Below are positions 1-5,446 of a stretch of 29,748 nt of DNA, piece after piece. Positions within the stretch are counted from its first letter, which is position 1, and the number at the start of each line of letters is the position of its first letter. Source of the stretch: a virus (Duplodnaviria > Caudoviricetes); the IMG/VR virus record IMGVR_UViG_3300020042_007480, positions 1 to 29,748 of that record; one strand, given 5' to 3'. The translations under genes were made by a program, and so were the position numbers. Below the pieces are notes generated by a model that saw only the letters and a list, made by a program, of their open reading frames with translations, searched no databases and was not told the DNA's origin.

Positions 1-214
1 CGATGGGGATGCGCTTCCACTGCGAAACAGCGGCGCGACTTAACCCCAGCGCCTTGGATAGCGCAACAACCCCGCCAGCCTTGCTGGCAATCTCACGAAC
101 TCGTTTTTTATCCATTGTCCAAATTTAGCCGCACTTAACATAAACACTCAAGCCCTACTCAACCCCTAAAGGATCTGAGCCCTGCAGGCTCATAAACAAG
201 ACGACAATCGGATC
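1..214. repeat. Direct duplication of the cro 5' end and operator region (copy of ~565-778)
   Basis: 1-115 is identical to 565-679; 116-214 is a diverged copy of 680-778 and joins the CII-like gene at the shared ATCGGATCA. Confidence 0.9.
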
Positions 215-400
215 ATCGGGATTACCCGCCAACTTGCGCGAGAGATCGGACTGGCTCATATCCATATCGGCCGCGATGGTTTTCAGCGGGTTGCGGTTGG
301 TGTAGGCGCCGGTGCGAATGCAGTCCAGCAATGTCGGGAAACGCTCGATCAATCCAGGCTCGAAATCCAGGGTCATTTGGGTAGCGGAAACTAGGGACAT
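155..400 (-). CDS. CII-like HTH regulatory protein, probably truncated after ...GNPDDP
   Basis: HTH-like LKTIAADMDMSQSDLSRKL; lies directly downstream of cro; the C-terminal 17 aa derive from the duplicated segment. Confidence 0.6.
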   Translation of the reverse strand: MSLVSATQMTLDFEPGLIERFPTLLDCIRTGAYTNRNPLKTIAADMDMSQSDLSRKLAGNPDDPIVVLFMSLQGSDPLGVE

Positions 401-472
401 GATTTGTTCCAGTACTTTCCTATAGGAAAAACAAGAAAAAAAATAGGCTGTGCAACATGCACAACCTACTCA

Positions 473-679
473 CTAAGACGCAATATCAGGCCGATCACCA
501 AATACATCCGGCCGCAACTCAATGCGCGAAACTCCGGTCAGGCGCTCCACATCCATTACGCGATCGATGGGGATGCGCTTCCACTGCGAAACAGCGGCGC
601 GACTTAACCCCAGCGCCTTGGATAGCGCAACAACCCCGCCAGCCTTGCTGGCAATCTCACGAACTCGTTTTTTATCCAT
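473..679 (-). CDS. cro: Cro-like (YdaS-type) HTH repressor
   Basis: 68 aa, GGVVALSKALGLSRAAVSQW HTH and ELRPDVF tail; divergent from cI. Confidence 0.85.
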   Translation of the reverse strand: MDKKRVREIASKAGGVVALSKALGLSRAAVSQWKRIPIDRVMDVERLTGVSRIELRPDVFGDRPDIAS

Positions 680-685
680 GGGCCA

Positions 686-727
686 AGTTTAGCCGCACTT
701 AACGGAATTAGTCAAGCGCTACTTAAC
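686..727 (-). promoter_or_regulatory. PR-like promoter with two 17-bp operators
   Basis: Operators GTTTAG-ccgca-CTTAAC (687-703) and GTCAAG-cgcta-CTTAAC (711-727); minus-strand TTGACT(715-710)-18 bp-TAAACT(691-686). Confidence 0.8.
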
Positions 728-761
728 CACTAAAGAAACCGAACCCTGTAGGCTCATACAC

Positions 762-1115
762 ATGACGACCATCGGATCAAGAATGAAACAACTCAGGATG
801 CATACCGGACTATCCGGCGAGCGCTTTGGCGAACTCGTGGGCGTGACCAAATCATCGGTATCTCAATGGGAAAGCGACGACACCATGCCGGATACCGCAA
901 TCCTGATAAAGTTAGCCGCGAAACTAGATTTTTCAATGGACTGGCTACTCACCGGAAATGGCTATGCGCCTGATGCAAACCGGCCCCTACTCGCGCTGAT
1001 GAAAGTTGCTGAAAAACTACCCGACGACGCATTGACCTACCTTACTAGGCAGGGCGATGATCTTGCACAATTGCTCAAACCCGGCGAAAATAAAAAAACA
1101 GGCAACGGCCAGTAG
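762..1115 (+). CDS. cI: CI-like XRE-family repressor with no S24 peptidase domain
   Basis: IGSRMKQLR...SGERFGELVGVTKSSVSQWE...MDWLLTG is a typical XRE HTH; divergent from cro. Confidence 0.85.
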   Translation: MTTIGSRMKQLRMHTGLSGERFGELVGVTKSSVSQWESDDTMPDTAILIKLAAKLDFSMDWLLTGNGYAPDANRPLLALMKVAEKLPDDALTYLTRQGDDLAQLLKPGENKKTGNGQ

Positions 1116-1172
1116 AAACATCTTAAGCCTGCAAATACAGACACAATTCAGGTTTTAAACCACGAGGAAACC

Positions 1173-1277
1173 ATGGAAATAATCGTCGCAGTCTTCATAA
1201 TCCTGTTCATGTTCCTGGTTGATTACCGCCTCAACAAAATCGTCCAAGAACTCAAAAAGCTCAACGCAAAATCTTAA
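1173..1277 (+). CDS. 34-aa membrane peptide (not in ORF track)
   Basis: GAGGA RBS then MEIIVAVFIILFMFLVDYRLNKIVQELKKLNAKS*. Confidence 0.6.
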   Translation: MEIIVAVFIILFMFLVDYRLNKIVQELKKLNAKS

Positions 1278-1569
1278 AATCCTGATCTGTCGATGCGCCA
1301 GTATCATACTGGCCATTGGACTTGCCACACCCGTCGCGCCGGCCACACTCCGCAGCAGCGCACCCCGCGCCGCGTTCATGCGCAGCACACCATGCCCAGC
1401 TACAGGCACCGTCCAAAAACGCTGCCCAGGCTACATCGTCGACCACATCATCCCTTTATGCCTAAACGGGCCTGACAACCCATCTAATATGCAATGGCAA
1501 ACCATCGCCGACGCCAAAGCCAAAGACCAAGAAGAACGCCGCCTCTGCGCCTTAAATCGTAAAATTTAA
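1219..1569 (+). CDS. Small HNH-family protein with hydrophobic leader; true start uncertain (~1280-1300)
   Basis: PCPATG...CPGYIVDHIIPLCLNGPDNPSNMQWQT HNH-like motif preceded by IILAIGLATPVA. Confidence 0.7.
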   Translation: MITASTKSSKNSKSSTQNLKILICRCASIILAIGLATPVAPATLRSSAPRAAFMRSTPCPATGTVQKRCPGYIVDHIIPLCLNGPDNPSNMQWQTIADAKAKDQEERRLCALNRKI

Positions 1570-1575
1570 TTATTT

Positions 1576-1617
1576 GTTTAGTGGCGCTTGACATGCTTAG
1601 TTAAGTAGGTCTAAACT
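1576..1617 (+). promoter_or_regulatory. PL-like early promoter with two 17-bp operators
   Basis: GTTTAG-tggcg-CTTGAC (1576-1592) and GTTAAG-taggt-CTAAAC (1600-1616); TTGACA(1588)-18 bp-TAAACT(1612); same layout as PR. Confidence 0.85.
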
Positions 1618-1654
1618 GCGTTCCATGGATCGAATTAAACATGGAGCGCTCAAA

Positions 1655-1840
1655 ATGACAACCGCCGCCCTCAAATCCGCCTACACCAGCGCCGGCCTAT
1701 GGCGCCAAGGCAAGAGCTTCGCCGACTGCCTGGCCTGCCCACTACTGCGCCGGCAATTGGAGCGCCACGCGGCCGCCATGATCACGCTGGCGCAGCGACG
1801 CGGTGAACGTGTACCGGCGCAGCAGGCATTGCCGCTATGA
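1655..1840 (+). CDS. Hypothetical early protein
   Basis: GGAG RBS before ATG 1655 (ORF track starts at 1625); ATGA overlap with the next gene. Confidence 0.65.
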   Translation: MTTAALKSAYTSAGLWRQGKSFADCLACPLLRRQLERHAAAMITLAQRRGERVPAQQALPL

Positions 1841-2073
1841 CCGACTACGCACGCACCCTAGACAAAGCCATGGTCGAAATCAGCATCGCCAAAGAACTCG
1901 GCCCGCGCGCCGGCCATGCCGTGTTGGTGCAAGCGCGGTATCACCTGAATTTGGCTATGGAAGACGCAGCACACCAAGAGAAACGAGAGAACCGGGTATG
2001 CCCGGCGGTAGCTGACCATATTGTTGACGCCAACAATATGGAAACCGTAACAGCCGCAACGGTGAGCCGATAG
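1837..2073 (+). CDS. Hypothetical early protein
   Basis: ATGA coupling with the upstream ORF; operon orientation. Confidence 0.6.
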   Translation: MTDYARTLDKAMVEISIAKELGPRAGHAVLVQARYHLNLAMEDAAHQEKRENRVCPAVADHIVDANNMETVTAATVSR

Positions 2074-2109
2074 CGCCGTGACAGCCTGAGAGCAAGGCAC
2101 CAACCATAA

Positions 2110-2466
2110 ATGGAGAATTTCATGAAAACAAGACCGTTTTTCGACACCGCACGCGATATCCGGCGCGGCCAATTTTTAGACGAATGCGCGGACAAAATGC
2201 AGGAGGTGATCGCCGCCTGCGCCGAGCACAACAAAAAAGCCACGCTCACCATCGAAATAACCGTGGCGCCGGCGTCTCGCACCGGCGGCGCGGTGAAGGT
2301 GAGCGACAAGATCAGCACCAAGCTGCCGGGGCAAGATCGCGGCGAGACCATCTTGTTTGTCACCACCGACAACAACCTATCGACCAGCGACCCGCGCCAG
2401 AAATCCCTGGATCTGAAAGCCGTGGTCGACACCGAAACCGGCGAACTCAAAGCCATCAACGAATAA
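2110..2466 (+). CDS. Conserved phage protein of the type usually found upstream of DUF2303
   Basis: PFFDTARDIRRG...ILFVTTDNNLSTSDPRQKSL; GGAG RBS suggests the start is ATG 2122. Confidence 0.75.
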   Translation: MENFMKTRPFFDTARDIRRGQFLDECADKMQEVIAACAEHNKKATLTIEITVAPASRTGGAVKVSDKISTKLPGQDRGETILFVTTDNNLSTSDPRQKSLDLKAVVDTETGELKAINE

Positions 2467-2474
2467 GGACCATC

Positions 2475-3320
2475 ATGATCGAACCCACAACCCAAAAAAC
2501 GGAAGCCGAATCCATTGCGGCCATCGCCGCAAAGCCGGAAGTGATTACCATAGGCCAAACACCCGCCGTGATTTTGCCTGACGGTCATACCCTCACGCCA
2601 TACGAAGAAATGCTGCAAACGCCAACGCGCAAACGCGGCACGGTACACCTGCACGAATCCGAAAGCTTTATCGACTACACCAAACGCCACGGCTCGCTGG
2701 CATCGTGCAACATCTATCTGGATGTTGACTACGCCAAACAACACGTCAAAGCCACCGCGATTTTCAATGACCACGCCGATGGCGACGGCCTGCCAGGCTG
2801 GCGCGACCACAGCGCAGAATTCGCGCCCCGCTTTACTGAAGAATGGCGGCGCTGGATCGCCAACAGCGGCCAAGTAAAAAGCCAAACCGATCTGGCTAAT
2901 TTTCTGGAATCGAACATCGGCGACATCACCAGCCCGGCCGGCAGCAACCTACCCACCGGCGCCGACGTGCTGACCTTCGTATCCGCGCTGCAAGAAACGC
3001 GGAAAATAAAATACGGCAGCGCCATCAACACCACGAACGGCATGATGCAGATCGAATTCACCGAAGACAACGACATCGCCACCAAGGGCAAACTCGACCT
3101 GTTCCGAGAATTCGCCATCGGCGTGCGCCCGTTTCTCAACGGCCAGGCCTATGAAGTGCGCGCCCTGCTGCGCTACCGCATCGACCGCAACACCGGGCAA
3201 ATAGCATTCTGGTACGACCTGCAACGCGCAGACCGGGTGCTGGAAGACGCCTGCAAAAGCATCGTCGACGCCATCCGCAACCAGACCGGAATGCCGGTGG
3301 TTTTCGGCACGCCAAACTAA
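2475..3320 (+). CDS. DUF2303 (YfdQ-like) family protein
   Basis: RKRGTVHLHESESFIDY, PGWRDHSAEF, ALLRYRI, PVVFGTP motifs; AAGGA RBS before ATG 2475. Confidence 0.85.
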   Translation: MIEPTTQKTEAESIAAIAAKPEVITIGQTPAVILPDGHTLTPYEEMLQTPTRKRGTVHLHESESFIDYTKRHGSLASCNIYLDVDYAKQHVKATAIFNDHADGDGLPGWRDHSAEFAPRFTEEWRRWIANSGQVKSQTDLANFLESNIGDITSPAGSNLPTGADVLTFVSALQETRKIKYGSAINTTNGMMQIEFTEDNDIATKGKLDLFREFAIGVRPFLNGQAYEVRALLRYRIDRNTGQIAFWYDLQRADRVLEDACKSIVDAIRNQTGMPVVFGTPN

Positions 3321-3331
3321 AGGTGATCGCC

Positions 3332-3502
3332 ATGCAAATCATCATCCCCAGCAACGCCCATGTGATCGACATCGCGCGCCAGGCCAGCGCCCAGCACCTA
3401 CACCTGCTCACCGACGGCCGCCGCACGGTACTCAGCCCGATCATCACCCCAGGATGGTACAAGATCGGCGTGCGAATCAAAAAAGGGCGGCAAGCCGCAT
3501 GA
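3332..3502 (+). CDS. Hypothetical 56-aa protein (not in ORF track)
   Basis: AAGGTG RBS; MQIIIPSNAHV...KKGRQAA*; ATGA overlap with the next ORF. Confidence 0.65.
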   Translation: MQIIIPSNAHVIDIARQASAQHLHLLTDGRRTVLSPIITPGWYKIGVRIKKGRQAA

Positions 3503-3711
3503 ATTGGCAACTCCTCAAACACGCCGCCGAACTGCTGGACGCCGAAGCGCGCGGCCTGCGCATGGCGCACACACCAGACGGCAACGGCGACTGGGACGGC
3601 GAACCGGAAGCAAAAGCCGCACACGACGACATGCACAACACCGCAAACGCTTTGCGCGCAATGGCAGAAACACAAAACCAATCACCACCAGAGAGGAAAC
3701 GCAAATGCTAA
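3499..3711 (+). CDS. Hypothetical protein
   Basis: MNWQLLKHAAELL..., coupled start. Confidence 0.6.
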   Translation: MNWQLLKHAAELLDAEARGLRMAHTPDGNGDWDGEPEAKAAHDDMHNTANALRAMAETQNQSPPERKRKC

Positions 3712-3890
3712 TCCAAACCGAAGGCGGCTCACCAAAACACATCGACCCCGTGCCACACGTCGCACGGGTGCCCAGCAAACGCGAAGCCGAAGCCGCATTC
3801 TGCCGCATGCTCGCTGCCTTGACCTACACCCAAGCCGACACCCTGGAAAACGATGTCGAAATCGTGAAGAGCTTTTTATGGAGCCGGTGA
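3705..3890 (+). CDS. Hypothetical protein
   Basis: GAGG RBS, MLIQTEGG... Confidence 0.6.
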   Translation: MLIQTEGGSPKHIDPVPHVARVPSKREAEAAFCRMLAALTYTQADTLENDVEIVKSFLWSR

Positions 3891-4180
3891 TTTATGGATT
3901 GCTGGGCGGCGTTGTTGGGATTTTTTTAATGCTCATCACAACCTGCGTGATCGGCAAAATGAACGAAGAGATACCAGAAAAACGGACACGCATACAAACC
4001 AGAAAAAACGCCGACAAGATCGGCATGGCGTACCGATGCGAGGCGTTGACTCTATCGCAAGCGGTGCTCAGGTTACGAGAAATCGAGGTTCCTGTGGAAT
4101 CTATAAACAGGATATTGCGCACGCGCGTTAACGCAAAAGTCAGCGGCGCCGGCACGGCGTCCGCTGGACTACCGGGTTAG
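3878..4180 (+). CDS. Hypothetical protein with N-terminal TM segment; reads through attC-A
   Basis: VIYGLLGGVVGIFLMLITTCVI; the last 16 aa are encoded by the attC. Confidence 0.6.
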   Translation: MEPVIYGLLGGVVGIFLMLITTCVIGKMNEEIPEKRTRIQTRKNADKIGMAYRCEALTLSQAVLRLREIEVPVESINRILRTRVNAKVSGAGTASAGLPG

Positions 4181-4182
4181 GG
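4126..4182 (-). other. attC-A recombination site (57 bp)
   Basis: Minus strand CCCTAAC-ccggt-AGTCCAGCGGACGCCGTGCCGGCGCCGCTGACT-tttgc-GTTAACG; unpaired G (~4167) and T (4160) when the plus strand folds. Confidence 0.9.
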
Positions 4183-4191
4183 GCGATTTAT

Positions 4192-4244
4192 TTTGATAGC
4201 GCACTACAAATAACTCTTGACATTGTTTGATTACGCACTACAAT
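4192..4244 (+). promoter_or_regulatory. Cassette-internal sigma70 promoter with tandem 18-bp operator-like repeats
   Basis: TTGACA(4217)-16 bp-TACAAT(4239); TTTGATAGCGCACTACAA (4192-4209) and TTTGATTACGCACTACAA (4226-4243). Confidence 0.75.
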
Positions 4245-4276
4245 AAGAACTGTACACAAACAAAACGGAGAGTGAA

Positions 4277-4474
4277 ATGAAAACAGCCTACGAACTTCTG
4301 ATGACCGCCCCGGATAGCCAAGTAAAGCGGGCACAGATCGCCTTTAAGGCGGTGGCCGATGGTCGGTGGCTTGACGCGGCGTACAGCCTGCGCAATGCGG
4401 CGAACGAAGAAACCGGCCAGTGGGCGAACGAAGCCCGCGAACTGGCGGAACACTGCGAACAGGTGGCGGCGTGA
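4277..4474 (+). CDS. Cassette 3 ORF1, small helical hypothetical protein
   Basis: GGAG RBS, 65 aa. Confidence 0.75.
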   Translation: MKTAYELLMTAPDSQVKRAQIAFKAVADGRWLDAAYSLRNAANEETGQWANEARELAEHCEQVAA

Positions 4475-4635
4475 TGCGCCGCTTTTTGTGCGCCATCGGG
4501 CTGCACCGATGGACATACCTGCCGAACACAAACGGCGGGCGGCCGATGCGCAGGGAGTGCTGTTGCGGAAAGAAGCAGGGTTGGAATTACGGCGTTGCGC
4601 GGGAGCACGGCGTGATTTTGTGGGAGGACGCATGA
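4474..4635 (+). CDS. Cassette 3 ORF2, small Cys/His (possibly Zn-binding) protein
   Basis: MRRFLCAIGLHRW...RECCCGK; TGATG and ATGA overlaps with neighbours. Confidence 0.65.
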   Translation: MRRFLCAIGLHRWTYLPNTNGGRPMRRECCCGKKQGWNYGVAREHGVILWEDA

Positions 4636-4817
4636 GCGCGCAACGCGGTGGCCCAGGGCGCGGCCAAGGGCGCAAGCCGATCAAGGAGGGGCAGGACACC
4701 GTGACGGTATCCCTACGCATGACTGAAGCACAACGCGACAAGCTGGCGCTGCTCGGTGGGGCTGAGTGGGTACGCCAGCGGATCGACAAGGCGAAAGCCC
4801 CTAACGATCAAACATAA
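4632..4817 (+). CDS. Cassette 3 ORF3, ribbon-helix-helix-like DNA-binding protein
   Basis: GGAGG RBS; RGGPGRGQGRKP arm, alternating TVTVSLRM strand, then two helices (AEWVRQRID). Confidence 0.7.
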   Translation: MSAQRGGPGRGQGRKPIKEGQDTVTVSLRMTEAQRDKLALLGGAEWVRQRIDKAKAPNDQT

Positions 4818-4859
4818 CCGGCTGGCTTTAGCCAGTCCGCGTTGATGGCCGTGTTAGGC
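4799..4859 (-). other. attC-B recombination site (61 bp)
   Basis: Minus strand GCCTAAC-acggc-CATCAACGCGGACTGGCTAAAGCCAGCCGGTTATG-tttgatc-GTTAGGG; unpaired G4844, C4840, T4836 in the plus-strand fold. Confidence 0.9.
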
Positions 4860-4873
4860 CAGAAAGGTGAAAG

Positions 4874-5101
4874 ATGAAACCGGAATTTAGTATGACGAGC
4901 GATAGCGCGGAACCGTTGGTAACAAGCTGCGAGGCACATTGGCGGTTTTCCGGTGGAGCCATGTCAATACGATTTGCGACTGGGCAGGATGCTTTTTCGA
5001 TGGGCAGGCTTGTTGATGAGGCTTATGCGGCGGGGTTAATTGACGGCAGGAAAGAAATTACAGATGCGGTGGCACGCACAGTCAAAGAGTTGAGTGCATA
5101 A
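4874..5101 (+). CDS. Cassette 2 hypothetical protein
   Basis: AAAGGTG RBS immediately after attC-B; the TAA stop lies inside the GCATAAC core. Confidence 0.7.
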   Translation: MKPEFSMTSDSAEPLVTSCEAHWRFSGGAMSIRFATGQDAFSMGRLVDEAYAAGLIDGRKEITDAVARTVKELSA

Positions 5102-5152
5102 CAAGAAAGATCAGCGACGCCGATAGGCGTCGGCTGGAATGTAGTGTTAGGC
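5096..5152 (-). other. attC-C recombination site (57 bp)
   Basis: Minus strand GCCTAAC-actac-ATTCCAGCCGACGCCTATCGGCGTCGCTGAT-ctttctt-GTTATGC. Confidence 0.88.
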
Positions 5153-5175
5153 ACGGCGATAAATAGGAGAGAGAA

Positions 5176-5358
5176 ATGAAAAGCACGCAGATCGAAGCGA
5201 AGGAAGTAAAAGTTGGTGATCGGGTTATTACCGACGAAGGAGCCGTTATTATGGTTACTGAAATTGGGAAGGGGATGCCGTACAACACGATTGAACTTAG
5301 ATGGCGTGGCGGGTGGTTTGCGATAAATCCTACCCGGCTCATTGAGCGGATGGTGTAG
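5176..5358 (+). CDS. Cassette 1 small beta-rich (SH3/KOW-like) protein
   Basis: AGGAG RBS; AKEVKVGDRVI motif; fills the cassette exactly. Confidence 0.7.
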   Translation: MKSTQIEAKEVKVGDRVITDEGAVIMVTEIGKGMPYNTIELRWRGGWFAINPTRLIERMV

Positions 5359-5420
5359 TGCCTAACTTAAATTCGACGACATCAAATGTCCGCGAATCCG
5401 GCGATGATGTCGCCTAACTC
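5358..5420 (-). other. Putative attI site
   Basis: Minus-strand GTTAGGC core (5366-5360) with no attC-type hairpin partner; second GTTAGGC direct copy at 5418-5412; immediately 5' of intI. Confidence 0.7.
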
Positions 5421-5446
5421 GGAAACTGAACACGTAGGAGCTTGAT

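Larger units (their letters stand above)
4126..5420 (-). mobile_element. Integron cassette array: three cassettes (4132-4804, 4805-5101, 5102-5365) plus attI
   Basis: Three attC hairpins, complementary core sites at the ends of each cassette, adjacent intI. Confidence 0.9.

Noticed and set aside
1618-1649. Leader hairpin GCGTTCCATG/CATGGAGCGC as a regulatory RNA
   Set aside because: The predicted transcript start falls inside the 5' arm, so only a short stem could form; the support is insufficient.
1941-2885. Long antisense or alternate-frame ORFs (also 4238-4789, 5491-6318, 24119-24868, 25748-26545 and others)
   Set aside because: They are shadows of well-supported genes in GC-rich DNA and have no recognisable motifs.
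4126-5152. CRISPR array or intrinsic terminators
   Set aside because: The hairpins differ in sequence, are separated by whole genes, lack U-tracts and carry AAC/GTT cores with bulged bases typical of attC.
4126-5152. attC sites oriented on the plus strand with the ORFs
   Set aside because: Extrahelical-base placement, per-cassette core complementarity and attI position all fit the minus orientation.
5367-5446. LexA box upstream of intI
   Set aside because: No CTGT-N8-ACAG match was seen.
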